35,413 bases of DNA from Candidatus Methylomirabilota bacterium (GTDB lineage: Bacteria > Methylomirabilota > Methylomirabilia > Rokubacteriales > CSP1-6). The stretch's first letter is position 1; each line of letters begins with the position of its first letter. The translations under genes and the position numbers were made by a program. The stretch covers positions 1 through 35,413 of the forward strand of contig DATFUK010000259.1 in the NCBI GenBank assembly GCA_035260865.1, given 5' to 3'. Below are positions 26,043 to 35,413 of the stretch, piece by piece. The notes under the pieces were generated by a model. It saw only the letters and a program-made list of their open reading frames with translations, made no database searches and had not been told where the DNA came from.

Positions 26043-29000
26043 GTGCGCCGCTTCATCAGGACCTTCCTCGCCCCCTTCCTGCTGCTGGCGATCCCGCTGG
26101 GGATTCTGGCCGGGCTCGGATTCGTCGCCGCCCACCGCCAGCTCGTCCGGACCCGCGAAGCCGCGGTCGGCCGGACCGTGGACGCGGTGACCGCGCTCGT
26201 CGCCGACTACCAGGAGTCATTGCGTCGCGAGACGATCCTCCTGGCCAGCGATCCCGCGGTGGTCGAGGGAACCGCGAGAGGGGACTGGGCGATCCTGGCG
26301 CGCGGCGCCTCCCCGCGGGTGCTGGCCGTCACGCGCGACGGGCTGGCCGACTTCATCACGATCCGCGACGCGCGCGGCACGCCGCTGGTGCAGGTGCCGG
26401 CGAGCCCGCCCCCGAGCCTCCCCGGGACGCCGGCGGTCAGCGAGCCGGTCCTGACCCTTCGGCTGGCGGGCGGTCAGCCGTACTTCCTGGTCACGGCGCC
26501 GGTGCAGAGCCCGGCCGGACGGGAGCCGGCCGGCGGCCCCGGCACGGTGGTGGCGGGCCGGCGCCTCGAGGGGCTCGGCGCTCTGCTGGACCGGCTCCCC
26601 GCCCGCCCGGCGGTCGTGTTCGTCGCGGGGGACCGGGTGCTCGCGGCCAGCCGGAGCGACCTGCCGGCGAGCGGCTGGTCCCGCGCGGCCACCGTCGGCG
26701 CCACCGAGGTGGGGGGCGAGCCCTTCGCGGTTCGCCGCCTGGCGGATCCCGTGGTGACGTCGCCCGACGGCGGCCTCTGGGTGACGCTGCCGGTCCTGGA
26801 GTTCGTGCGGGCCGAGCGCCGGCTCCTGCTCGAGTTCTTCGCCCTGCTCGGAGCCGGCGCCGTGGTGCTGGCGGGCGTGGTGCTGGCATTCCTGCCGGTG
26901 GCCCGCCGTCGACCGCGGCCGCCGGCCGGATCGGCGCCGCCCCCGGACGGCGCCCGGGTAGCGCTCGAGCGGCGCAACCGCGAGCTGGAAGCGCTGAACG
27001 CGGTGTTCTCGACGATGAGCGGCGGCGGCGACCTCGCGGCCACCGCCAGCGAGACGCTCGAGGTCGTGCGCGGCCTCGCGCGCATGGACGTCGGTGCGAT
27101 CTTCCGGCTGGACCACGACGGCGGCCGGCTCGTCCTGGAAGGTCAGAGCGGTCTCGATCCCCGCTACCTCGATCGCTCGCGCACCCGCCCGGTCGAGGGC
27201 TCCCACATGGGCGACGCCGTGCGCAGCGGCCAGATCCTGGTCACCCACCTGGACGCCTCGCCGCCCTCGGAAGCCCAGATCCGGGAGATGGCGGCCGAGC
27301 GGGCCCACCGGACGCAGCTCGCGCTGCCGATCCCGGTCGAGAACCGGACCTGGGGCGTGATGGCGCTCGTGTCCAAGGAGGAGCGCGAGTTCGCGCCGGA
27401 GGAGCTGGCGGTCCTCTCGGGCGTGGCCCAGCAGGTGGGCCTGGCGGTCGAGCGGGCCCAGCTCCGCGACACCGCGGCGGCGCGTCTGAACCGGCTCGAA
27501 GCCCAGCGCACCATCGAGCGGCACATCTCCGAGCAGCTCGAGACCGAGGAGCTCCTCGTGGTCATCGCGCGCTCCGCCCAGCGGCTGATCGGGGGGACGT
27601 TCTCGGCGCTGTACCTGCTGGAAGGCGACACCCTGCATCCGCGGGCCTGGTCGGATGTCCCGGACTGGATCCGGGACGTTCGATTCGAGATCGGCACCGG
27701 CGTGGCGGGCAGCGCGCTGGCCGCGGGCCGGGGGGCGCTCGTCAACGACTATGCGAGCGCGCCCGGCGCGCTGGCCGAGTTCATCCCGTTCACGAGCCGG
27801 CTGCTGGCCGCGCCCCTCATGGCGGGCGACCGTCCGCTGGGCGTGATGACCGCGGGGCGCGGGCCCGGCGCGCCCGCGTTCACCGAGGACGATCTCTCCA
27901 TCCTGGCCGACTTCGCCACGCAGGCCGCGGTGGCGATCGAGCACGCCCGCCTCTTCGACGAGGCCACGCGCAACGCGGCCCAGTACCAGGCGCTCCTCGA
28001 GGTGAGCGGTGCGGTCAGCTCGACCCTCGACGTGGAGCGGGTCCTGGACCTGGTGCTGGATCGGTGCCGGGCGCTGCTGGGGGTGGCCGCGGTCGGCGTC
28101 ATGCGGGTGGACCGGGAAACCGGGGTGGTGGCCTTCGAGCGCGGACGCGGTCTGTCGCCCGGGTTCATCGCCTCGCTGCGCATGCGTCCGGGTGAGGGCA
28201 CCGTCGGCCGGGCGATCGAGCAGCGCGTGCCGGTGTGGAGCGAGGACGTGCTGAACGATCCGGTGCTGGCGATCGGCGCGGAGACGCGCGAGCTGATCCA
28301 GCGCGAGGGATACCGCGCGGTCCTCTCCGTGCCCCTGCTCACCAAGGGCGATTCGCAGGGGGCGGTCGCCGCGTACTGGTGGGAGCCGCACACGCCGTCG
28401 GCTGAAGAGATCTCGATCATGACCGCGCTCGCCGGACAGGCGGCCACCGCGCTCGACAACGCGCGCCTCTTCGCGCAGGAGCGTGACCGGAAGGCCTCGC
28501 TCTCGTCGCTGCTCGAGATCAACAAGAAGATCGGGGCGCTCGCGGCGCCCGAGAGCCTGCTGACCTCCATCGCGGAAGAGGCGGCGCGGCTGCTCGGCGT
28601 CGACAACGCGGGCTTCCGGCTGCTCGAGGGCGAGGACCTGGTGGTGGCGGGCCTCGCGGGCACCGCGGCCCAGAGCATGCTGCGCCAGCGGATCAAGGTG
28701 GGCGAGAGCCTGACCGGCAAGGTGCTCGCCACCGGTCAGGCGCTCATGTGCGAGCTCGCGTCGAGCGGCATGCTGCCCGAGCACCTGGCCGCGGATCAGC
28801 AGCTGGGCTACACGCACTACCTCGGGGTGCCGCTCCTGGTCGGCGAGCGGGCCATCGGGGTGCTGACCTTCCGTGGGCGCCGGGCCTTCACCGCGCGCGA
28901 GCAGGAGCTGGGGGAGTCCTTCGCGGGCCAGGCCGCCATCGCCATCGATCACGCGCGCCTCTATCGCGAGGCCTCCGAGCAGGCGGATCGGATGCGGGTG

Positions 29001-31163
29001 GTGGCCGAGATGGGGCGCGTGCTGGTGTCCACGCTCGACGAGGCCCGGGTGCTCGAGATCGTCGCGACCCAAGCCCACGAATCACTCGGGAAGCTCGACA
29101 TCGCCATCTGGCTGCAGGAGGAGACCGACGGGCCGCTGCATATGGTGGCCGGCCAGGGGCCGTTCTCCGGCGCGCTCACCGGGCGCGCCCAGCCGCTCAA
29201 CGCCCACGAGGGCGTGGTCGGCCGGGCCCTCGAGGAGCGCGCCCCGGTGTGGACGACCGACGTGCTGCACGATCCCCGGATCCAGCTCCGCCCCGAGTCG
29301 CGGCGCTGGAACGAGGAGATCGGCGCGCGCTCCATCCTCGCGGTGCCCCTCATCCGGGAGCACCTCCGGGGCGCCCTCGTCGTGTATCGGCCCGCCGGCC
29401 AGTCATTCCTCAGCCGCGAGATCGAGTACCTCTCGGCGTTCACGAACCAGGTCGCGGTCGCGCTGGAGAACGCCCGGCTCTACCAGACCCTCGACATCAG
29501 GGTGCGGGAGCTCTCCGTCCTCCACGAGCTGTCCCGCGCGGTCACCGGCCAGCTCGACCAGGCCGGGATCCTGGACACCCTGCATCAGCAGGTGCCTCGC
29601 GTCCTGGACGTCCGGCACATGTCGGCCGTGCTGCTGGACGAGGAGCACGATCGGCTGAACGTGGTGCTGCGCGTGCGGGACGGGCGCCGGTGCGACGAGG
29701 AGGAGCCCCACTCCTACTCCCTCGACCAGGCCGGCCTCACCACGATCGTGCTCAAGAGCGGCCGGCCGATCCGGAGCTCGGACTACCTCGCCGAGTGCCG
29801 GCGACACGGGGTGGCGCCGGTCGCGAACGCGATGGACATGCCGCACGTCCTCATCGTTCCGATGACCGCGGGTGACCGCGCGATCGGGCTGATACTGCTG
29901 CGCAGCCAGGACCGCGCGTTCACCGAGGCGGACGAGCGGCTGCTCGTCAACATCGCCCAGCTCGTCGCCCTCATGCTGCGGAGCGCCCGTCTCTACGAGG
30001 AGCGCACGCGGGCCCTCGGCGAGCTCGGCGCGGCCCAGGACCAGCTCGTGCGCACCGAGAAGCTGCGCGCCCTCGGCGAGATGGCCTCGGGGGTGGCCCA
30101 CGACTTCAACAATCTGCTCGCCTCCATCCTGGGCCGCTCCCAGCTTCTGCTCGAGCGCGTCCAGGACGTCAAGCTGCGCCAGTGGCTCAAGGTCATCGAG
30201 CGGGCGGCGCTGGACGGCGCCCGCACCGTGCGCCGACTGCAGGACTTCACCGGGATCCGGCGCGACCAGCCGGCGGTCGAGGTGGACCTCAACCAGGTCG
30301 TCCAGCAGGTCCTCGAGACCACCGAGTCGATCTGGCGGCAGGACCGCCGCCGGACCGGGGGCGAGATCCAGGTGGAGACCGATCTGGCCGAGGGGCTGCC
30401 GCCGGTGGCGGGCGACCCGGCCGAGCTGCGCGAGGCCTTCACCAATCTCGTGCTCAATGCGGTCGACGCGATGCCGAAGGGCGGGACGCTGACCCTGCGG
30501 ACCGAGATCACCGACGGGCAGGTGCAGGTCGAGGTGCGGGACACCGGGATGGGCATTCCCGAGCACATTCGCGAGAAGATCTTCGACCCGTTCTTCACCA
30601 CCAAGGGGCCGAAGGGGACCGGTCTCGGCCTCTCGATGGCCTATGGTATTCTCCAGCGCCACAACGGGCGGATCACGGTCGAGAGCGAAGAGGGCCATGG
30701 CACGATCTTCCGCCTGCTGTTCCCGGTGGCGGTCTCGGGCTCGGTGAGCGAATCGGCCCCGCCGGTCGCGGCCGTCGCCGCCGCGCTGGTCTCGCGGCAC
30801 TGCCTGGTCGTGGACGACGAGCAGGAGGTGGGCGAGGTGGTGGCGGACATCCTGACCACCGCCGGCCACACCGCGGTGACGGTGCAGAGCGGGCAGGAGG
30901 CGGTGGGCCGGATCGAGGCCGAACGGTTCGACGTGGTCTTCACGGACCTGGCGATGCCCGGCATGACGGGCTGGCAGGTGGCGCGCGCGGTCAAGGACCG
31001 GGCGCCGGGAGTGCCGGTGGTGATGATGAGCGGATTCGGGGTGGAGGTGGCGCCGGGGGATCTGTCCACGCGCGGCGTGGACCTGGTCCTGGCCAAGCCG
31101 CTCCAGATCCAGGACGTCCTGCGCGCGCTGACCGCGCTCCAGCCGGGGCTCGGCCGGTCGTGA
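26043..31163 (+). CDS. Hybrid sensor histidine kinase: TM, ~240-aa extracytoplasmic domain, TM, six tandem GAF domains, HisKA, HATPase_c, receiver
   Basis: TM helices lie at aa ~8-30 and ~262-285. Six ~140-150-aa units each end in a variant of A-x-A-[IL]-[ED]-[NH]-A-R-L-[FY]: [60 protein letters not shown]. The H-box is [10 protein letters not shown] (His codon 30099-30101). The N and G boxes are [17 protein letters not shown] and GTGLGLS. The receiver reads CLVVDDE...[10 protein letters not shown]...KP (Asp codon 30945-30947). Confidence 0.9.
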   Translation: MRRFIRTFLAPFLLLAIPLGILAGLGFVAAHRQLVRTREAAVGRTVDAVTALVADYQESLRRETILLASDPAVVEGTARGDWAILARGASPRVLAVTRDGLADFITIRDARGTPLVQVPASPPPSLPGTPAVSEPVLTLRLAGGQPYFLVTAPVQSPAGREPAGGPGTVVAGRRLEGLGALLDRLPARPAVVFVAGDRVLAASRSDLPASGWSRAATVGATEVGGEPFAVRRLADPVVTSPDGGLWVTLPVLEFVRAERRLLLEFFALLGAGAVVLAGVVLAFLPVARRRPRPPAGSAPPPDGARVALERRNRELEALNAVFSTMSGGGDLAATASETLEVVRGLARMDVGAIFRLDHDGGRLVLEGQSGLDPRYLDRSRTRPVEGSHMGDAVRSGQILVTHLDASPPSEAQIREMAAERAHRTQLALPIPVENRTWGVMALVSKEEREFAPEELAVLSGVAQQVGLAVERAQLRDTAAARLNRLEAQRTIERHISEQLETEELLVVIARSAQRLIGGTFSALYLLEGDTLHPRAWSDVPDWIRDVRFEIGTGVAGSALAAGRGALVNDYASAPGALAEFIPFTSRLLAAPLMAGDRPLGVMTAGRGPGAPAFTEDDLSILADFATQAAVAIEHARLFDEATRNAAQYQALLEVSGAVSSTLDVERVLDLVLDRCRALLGVAAVGVMRVDRETGVVAFERGRGLSPGFIASLRMRPGEGTVGRAIEQRVPVWSEDVLNDPVLAIGAETRELIQREGYRAVLSVPLLTKGDSQGAVAAYWWEPHTPSAEEISIMTALAGQAATALDNARLFAQERDRKASLSSLLEINKKIGALAAPESLLTSIAEEAARLLGVDNAGFRLLEGEDLVVAGLAGTAAQSMLRQRIKVGESLTGKVLATGQALMCELASSGMLPEHLAADQQLGYTHYLGVPLLVGERAIGVLTFRGRRAFTAREQELGESFAGQAAIAIDHARLYREASEQADRMRVVAEMGRVLVSTLDEARVLEIVATQAHESLGKLDIAIWLQEETDGPLHMVAGQGPFSGALTGRAQPLNAHEGVVGRALEERAPVWTTDVLHDPRIQLRPESRRWNEEIGARSILAVPLIREHLRGALVVYRPAGQSFLSREIEYLSAFTNQVAVALENARLYQTLDIRVRELSVLHELSRAVTGQLDQAGILDTLHQQVPRVLDVRHMSAVLLDEEHDRLNVVLRVRDGRRCDEEEPHSYSLDQAGLTTIVLKSGRPIRSSDYLAECRRHGVAPVANAMDMPHVLIVPMTAGDRAIGLILLRSQDRAFTEADERLLVNIAQLVALMLRSARLYEERTRALGELGAAQDQLVRTEKLRALGEMASGVAHDFNNLLASILGRSQLLLERVQDVKLRQWLKVIERAALDGARTVRRLQDFTGIRRDQPAVEVDLNQVVQQVLETTESIWRQDRRRTGGEIQVETDLAEGLPPVAGDPAELREAFTNLVLNAVDAMPKGGTLTLRTEITDGQVQVEVRDTGMGIPEHIREKIFDPFFTTKGPKGTGLGLSMAYGILQRHNGRITVESEEGHGTIFRLLFPVAVSGSVSESAPPVAAVAAALVSRHCLVVDDEQEVGEVVADILTTAGHTAVTVQSGQEAVGRIEAERFDVVFTDLAMPGMTGWQVARAVKDRAPGVPVVMMSGFGVEVAPGDLSTRGVDLVLAKPLQIQDVLRALTALQPGLGRS

Positions 31164-32233
31164 CCAGCCCCATCATCACGGAGGCGGTGCGCGCGCTCGT
31201 CGATCGGCGCGATCTGAGCCGCCTCGAAGCCGCCGCCGCGATGGAGGCGATCATGTCGGGCGCAGCCACCAACGCCCAGATCGCCGCGTTCCTCACCGGG
31301 CTGCGCATGAAGGGCGAGACGTTCGAGGAGCTGATCGGCTTCGCCCAGGTGATGCGCCAGAAGGTGGTCAAGGTCCGGGCGAGCGGCGCGGATCTCGCCC
31401 AGACCGGCACGGACCGGGAGATGCTGATCGACACCTGCGGGACCGGGGGTGACGCGTCCGGCACGTTCAACGTCTCGACCGCGACCGCGTTCGTGGCCGC
31501 GGGCGCGGGGGTAAAGGTGGCCAAGCACGGCAACCGCTCGGTGTCCTCGCTCTGCGGGTCCGCCGACGTGGTGGAGGCCCTCGGGATCAACATCGAGCTG
31601 AGCCCCCCCAGGGTGGCGCGCTGCGTGGACGAGGTAGGCATCGGCTTCCTCTACGCGCCGCTGCTGCACACCGCGATGAAGCACGTGATGCCCGCGCGCC
31701 GCGAGATGGGGGTGCGCACCGTCTTCAACATGCTGGGGCCGCTCACCAATCCCGCGGGGGCCAACGCGCAGGTGATCGGGGTCTACGCGGCCGCGCTCAC
31801 CGAGTTGCTCGCCCACGCGCTCGCCGAGCTGGGCACCATCCGCGCTTTCGTGGTCCACGGCGCCGACGGGCTCGACGAGATCTCGAACACCGGCGAGAGC
31901 ACCATCGCCGAGGTGCACGAGGGGGTGGTGCGGACCACCCGCGTGCGCCCGGAGGACTTCGGCATGCCGCGGGCCGCCATCGGCGATCTGCAGGGCGGCG
32001 ACCGGCAGGAGAACGCCGATATCATCCGGCGCCTGCTCGGAGGAGAGCCGGGGCCGCGCCGCGACATCGTGCTGATGAACGCGGCAGCGGCGCTGGTCGC
32101 GGGTAGCAAGGCGCGCGACTTCAAGGAGGGGGTGGGGCTGGCCGCCCGGTCGATCGATTCGGGAGCCGCCGCCGGGAAGCTGGACGCGCTGATGACGCTC
32201 TCGCAGCGCCTGAGCGCCGAGGCTCCCGTCTAG
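31160..32233 (+). CDS. trpD: Anthranilate phosphoribosyltransferase
   Basis: GTG 31160 overlaps the kinase stop (GTGA). Canonical TrpD motifs are present: DTCGTGGDASGTFNVST, KHGNRSVSSLCGSADVVEALG and FNMLGPLTNPA. Confidence 0.9.
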   Translation: MTSPIITEAVRALVDRRDLSRLEAAAAMEAIMSGAATNAQIAAFLTGLRMKGETFEELIGFAQVMRQKVVKVRASGADLAQTGTDREMLIDTCGTGGDASGTFNVSTATAFVAAGAGVKVAKHGNRSVSSLCGSADVVEALGINIELSPPRVARCVDEVGIGFLYAPLLHTAMKHVMPARREMGVRTVFNMLGPLTNPAGANAQVIGVYAAALTELLAHALAELGTIRAFVVHGADGLDEISNTGESTIAEVHEGVVRTTRVRPEDFGMPRAAIGDLQGGDRQENADIIRRLLGGEPGPRRDIVLMNAAAALVAGSKARDFKEGVGLAARSIDSGAAAGKLDALMTLSQRLSAEAPV

Positions 32234-32261
32234 CCTCCCCGGAGGCGCCGTTTGGGCCCCA

Positions 32262-32291
32262 TTGACCCCATGAGGGCCGCCCGGGTACAAT
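32262..32291 (+). promoter_or_regulatory. Sigma70-like promoter candidate TTGACC-N18-TACAAT upstream of the GntR gene
   Basis: The -35 element is at 32262-32267 and the -10 element at 32286-32291, both read directly. It lies in a 169-nt gap of lower GC and would give a leader of about 100 nt. Confidence 0.4.
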
Positions 32292-32402
32292 GAGGCCGGT
32301 CGCAGTAACTACCTGTCGCGCCTGAATGAATCCCGATTCGATGCTCGACGAGGACGTTGAGCGGCCACAGGAGTTCTAGAACACTGAGCGTGGGGGCTCA
32401 CT

Positions 32403-33149
32403 TTGGCCAGTCGCGTGCCGCGGTATCACCAGATCGCTCAGGCGCTTCGCGAGCGAATCGCCACGTCGGGCCAGGGGCCCGGTGAGCGCCTGGACAATCA
32501 GCGCAGCCTCGCGCGGGAGTTCGGTGTCACCCTGATGACGCTCCGCCATGCGCTCGACCTGCTCGAGCGCGACGGCCTCATCGCCCGCCGGCACGGCCTC
32601 GGGACCTTCGTCGCGCGCCCCGCCATCGACTACGACATCCTGCAGCGCCGCGCGCTCGCCGGAGATCTCTCGGCCCTGGGCGAGGACGTGGCGACGCGGT
32701 TCCTCCGGAGCCACTTCGCGGCCGCCGACCGGCGCGTGGCCGAGGCGCTGGGGCTGGCGGAGCACGCGGACGTGTTCGTGCTCGAGCGGCTCCGGCTCGT
32801 GGACGGCGAGCCGGTGAGCTTCCAGACGTCGTACCTGCCCGCCGCGCTCGGCCGGGAAGTCTCCCGCGCCGACCTCGCGGTGACGCCGCTCCGCCAGGTG
32901 CTGACCTTCAAGCTCGGCCTCGAGATCACCGCCGCCCGCGAGACCGTCTCCGCGGTGCCGCTCGATCGTCGCGCCGCCCACGAGCTGGGCTGCCGTCCCG
33001 GCGTCGCCGCCTTCCGCTCCGACCGCGTCTCGGTGGGCCCGGACGGCACCCCGATCGTCTACGACCGCGTCTTCATCCCGGGCGACCGCTTCCGCATCAC
33101 CCGTAATATCAGATACGAGACTGAACTTTTCCAAGCTCAACCGCTATGA
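32403..33149 (+). CDS. GntR-family transcriptional regulator (HutC-like, UTRA effector domain)
   Basis: TTG 32403 is preceded by GGGGG (32392-32396); GTG 32415 is an alternative start. The N-terminal winged HTH reads YHQIAQALRERI...LDNQRSLAREFGVTLMTLRHALDLLERDGLIARRHGLGTFV. The C-terminal ~160 aa are consistent with a UTRA fold. Confidence 0.85.
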   Translation: MASRVPRYHQIAQALRERIATSGQGPGERLDNQRSLAREFGVTLMTLRHALDLLERDGLIARRHGLGTFVARPAIDYDILQRRALAGDLSALGEDVATRFLRSHFAAADRRVAEALGLAEHADVFVLERLRLVDGEPVSFQTSYLPAALGREVSRADLAVTPLRQVLTFKLGLEITAARETVSAVPLDRRAAHELGCRPGVAAFRSDRVSVGPDGTPIVYDRVFIPGDRFRITRNIRYETELFQAQPL

Positions 33150-33159
33150 AAGGCCAAGC

Positions 33160-33939
33160 ATGAAGATCCTCGTCATGATCAAGCAGGTTCCCGACACGGC
33201 GACGCAGGTGAAGATCGGCGGGGACGGGCGCGCCATCGACACCACCGGCATCACCTGGATCGTCTCCCCGTACGACGAGTTCGCGGTGGAGGAGGCGCTC
33301 CGGATCAAGGAGAAGCGCGGGCAGGGCGAGGTGGTCGCGGTCTCGCTCGGGCCCGACCGCGGCAAGGAGGCGCTGCGCTCGTGCCTGGCCATGGGCGCCG
33401 ACCGGGCCATCCACCTGAACGATCCGGCCTGGGCCGAGGCCGATACGCTGGCGACCGCGCGCGCGCTCGCGGGCGTGATCAAGCAGGAAGCACCCGCGCT
33501 GGCCCTCTTCGGCCGGCAGGCCATCGACGACGATATGGGCGCGGTGGCCGCGCAGGTCGCCGAGGTGCTGGGCTGGCCGTGTGCCTCCTGGATCATGGAA
33601 GAGGCGGTGGACGAGAGCGGCAAGACGATCCGGGTGGGACGCCAGGTGGAGGGCGGGCTCGAGATCTTCGATCTGCCTCTGCCCGCGGTGGCCTCCGCGC
33701 AGAAGGGGCTCAACGAGCCGCGCTATCCCACGCTGAAGGGGATCATGGGCGCCAAGAAGAAGGAGATCAAGGACGTGAAGGCCGCCGATCTCGGCCTCGC
33801 GGCCGAGCCGCCCGCGCTGAGCGTCGTCAAGCTCGAGAGCCTGCCGCCCCGCCCGCCCGGTCGCATCATCCAGGGTGAGCCCGCGGCCGCCGCCAAGGAA
33901 TTGGTCCGCGCCCTTCGAGAAGACTCCAAAGCCATCTAA
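33160..33939 (+). CDS. etfB: Electron transfer flavoprotein beta subunit
   Basis: MKILVMIKQVPD, SPYDEFAVEEALRIKE and the C-terminal recognition-loop region PRYPTLKGIMGAKKK are canonical EtfB features. Confidence 0.9.
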   Translation: MKILVMIKQVPDTATQVKIGGDGRAIDTTGITWIVSPYDEFAVEEALRIKEKRGQGEVVAVSLGPDRGKEALRSCLAMGADRAIHLNDPAWAEADTLATARALAGVIKQEAPALALFGRQAIDDDMGAVAAQVAEVLGWPCASWIMEEAVDESGKTIRVGRQVEGGLEIFDLPLPAVASAQKGLNEPRYPTLKGIMGAKKKEIKDVKAADLGLAAEPPALSVVKLESLPPRPPGRIIQGEPAAAAKELVRALREDSKAI

Positions 33940-33966
33940 CGTCGCACAACGATAAAGGGGATCGAG

Positions 33967-34953
33967 ATGCCCGGCGCGTACTGGAGCATGGTGGAGGACG
34001 ATCGGCAGGGCGCACCCAAGAAGGTGATGGCCGAGGTGCTGGGCGAAGCCTCGCGCCTGGCCGGCGCCGCGGGGGCGCAGGCCGAGGCGGTGTGGGTGAC
34101 CGACAAGGCCACGCCGGAGGGCTTGAAGCAGCTCGGGGAGTGGGGCGCCAGGCGCGTGTGGCTGTTCGAGAACGCGGCGTTCGCGCCGTACCGGGCTGAG
34201 GTCTGGACGCCGGTGGTGGCGGACCTGGTTGGCAAGGAGACGCCGCAGGCCATCTTCGCGCCAGTAACCACGCGGCAGCGCGAGTTCATGGCCCGGCTGG
34301 CCGCGCGCCTGGGCGCGGGGCTCGCCGCCGACTCCACCGTTCTGACCGCCGAGGGCGGCAAGCTGGTGGCGACCCGGCCGGTCTACGCGGGCAAGCTGCT
34401 CGCCAAGATGACGTGGGCCAAGACGCCGTGGATGGCGACGCTGCGGCCCAACGTGTTCCGCCCCGGCGACGGGGCGGGTGCCGCGGCGACGGTGGAGAAG
34501 CCCACCGCCAGCATCCCGACCGAGAGCATGAAGCTGGTCGAGCGCAAGCAGGAGGCGAACACCGGCCTGCCCGAGCTGACCGAGGCGGAGATCGTCGTCT
34601 CAGGCGGTCGTGGCCTCAAGGGTCCCGAGAACTTCGTCATCCTGGAAGAGCTCGCCAAGGTCATGGGCGCGGCGGTCGGCGCCTCCCGCGCCGCGGTGGA
34701 CGCGGGCTGGCGACCGCATCGCTTCCAGATCGGCCAGACCGGCCGCACGATCTCGCCCAAGCTCTACCTGGGCTTCGGCATCTCGGGGGCCATCCAGCAC
34801 CTGGCCGGCATGCGGACGTCGAAGGTGATCTGCGCGATCAACAAGGATCCGGAAGCTCCGATCTTCAAGATCGCGGACTACGGCATCGTCGGCGACCTCT
34901 TCGAGGTCGCCCCCCTGCTGACCAAGGAGTTCAAACAGCTCCTGGAGAAATAA
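33967..34953 (+). CDS. etfA: Electron transfer flavoprotein alpha subunit
   Basis: ATG 33967 is preceded by AAGGGGA. The FAD-binding C-terminal motifs are [48 protein letters not shown] and VICAINKD. Confidence 0.9.
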   Translation: MPGAYWSMVEDDRQGAPKKVMAEVLGEASRLAGAAGAQAEAVWVTDKATPEGLKQLGEWGARRVWLFENAAFAPYRAEVWTPVVADLVGKETPQAIFAPVTTRQREFMARLAARLGAGLAADSTVLTAEGGKLVATRPVYAGKLLAKMTWAKTPWMATLRPNVFRPGDGAGAAATVEKPTASIPTESMKLVERKQEANTGLPELTEAEIVVSGGRGLKGPENFVILEELAKVMGAAVGASRAAVDAGWRPHRFQIGQTGRTISPKLYLGFGISGAIQHLAGMRTSKVICAINKDPEAPIFKIADYGIVGDLFEVAPLLTKEFKQLLEK

Positions 34954-34970
34954 ACGCCAGGGAGATGTAG

Positions 34971-35047
34971 ACGGTTGTCCGCGGACTGGGGGAGTGCGGG
35001 GGCCATTTCTAGGCCCCCGCTTATGAAGAGCTTAAAAGGCAGTAAAC
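34971..35047 (-). repeat. Intergenic repeat element, copy B (inverted relative to copy A), hairpin 34996-35020
   Basis: The reverse complement aligns with 16371-16446. The hairpin is GCGGGGGCC-ATTTCTA-GGCCCCCGC, followed on the + strand by TTATGAAG. It starts 18 nt after the etfA stop and ends 14 nt before the next GTG start. Confidence 0.8.
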
Positions 35048-35060
35048 GGAAAGGAAGCCG

Positions 35061-35413
35061 GTGAACCTCGACCTCACGGAAGAGCAGGCCATGATCCGGG
35101 ACCTCACCCGCGATTTCGCGGAGAAAGAGGTGCGCCCGATCGCGGAGGCCATCGACCGTGAGGCGCGCTTCCCCCGGGAGACGGTGTCCCGCATGGCCGA
35201 GCTGGGCCTGATGGGCGTCGCGGTGCCGGAAGCCCACGGCGGCGCCGGGGGCGACACGGTGGGCTACGCGCTCGCCGTCGAGGAGCTGGCCCGGGCCTGC
35301 GCCTCCCACGCGGTCATCATGTCGGTCAACAACTCGCTCTACTGCGACCCGGTGTGCAAGCACGGCACCGAGGAGCAGAAGGCGCGCTTCCTGACCCCCT
35401 TCGCGTCCGGGCG
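35061..35413 (+). CDS. Acyl-CoA dehydrogenase, 3'-truncated by the window edge
   Basis: GTG 35061 is preceded by GGAAAGGAAG. The translation VNLDLTEEQAMIRDLTRDFAEKEVRPIAEAIDREARFPRETVSRMAELGLMGVAVPEAHGG... parallels the N-terminus of the dehydrogenase at 20261. The frame stays open to the end of the window. It is absent from the ORF track because no stop is reached. Confidence 0.85.
   Translation, partial: MNLDLTEEQAMIRDLTRDFAEKEVRPIAEAIDREARFPRETVSRMAELGLMGVAVPEAHGGAGGDTVGYALAVEELARACASHAVIMSVNNSLYCDPVCKHGTEEQKARFLTPFASG

Noticed and set aside
26217-29078. 953-aa minus-strand ORF and several other ORFs antisense to or offset from the histidine kinase gene
   Set aside because: These are the same GC artefact. 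The + frame from 26043 gives an uninterrupted, motif-rich sensor kinase, which the overlapping frames do not.
32326-32379. 17-codon upstream ORF (MNPDSMLDEDVERPQEF), plus two shorter ones, in the leader before the GntR gene
   Set aside because: None has a ribosome-binding site and there is no attenuator-like alternative hairpin. They are too short to evaluate without comparative data.

Overview
Very GC-rich bacterial window (third codon positions are almost always G/C). All credible genes lie on the + strand, and many are joined by 1-4 nt stop/start overlaps. Bases 1-12401 carry a complete Pel-type exopolysaccharide locus in the order pelA-B-C-D-E-F-G. PelA and PelB are each encoded as two separate genes: hydrolase plus deacetylase, and TPR anchor plus TPR/porin. 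An ABC transporter with no binding-protein gene, interrupted by an MFS gene (12401-16346), is fused to the pelG stop codon without a gap. Downstream are: a rhodanese; an enoyl-CoA hydratase / HAD hydrolase / apt group; a small secreted unknown; hbd and an acyl-CoA dehydrogenase; a five-gene Liv/HAAT-type ABC importer; a 1706-aa hybrid histidine kinase with six tandem GAF domains; an isolated trpD coupled to that kinase; and a GntR-etfB-etfA-acyl-CoA dehydrogenase operon that runs off the 3' edge. I saw no tRNA, rRNA, CRISPR array, transposase, integrase or recognisable defence genes. Observations that are not protein-coding: a ~77-nt intergenic element present twice in opposite orientation (16371-16446 and 34971-35047) with a conserved GC hairpin; two genes (pelE-like, livH-like) whose conserved N-termini start upstream of any ATG/GTG/TTG, implying CTG initiation; an AT-rich perfect palindrome at the pelB/pelC junction; and a few sigma70-like promoter candidates. 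The many long minus-strand and alternate-frame ORFs in the track are treated as GC-driven artefacts. All functional calls come from reading motifs and synteny by eye; no database search was run.
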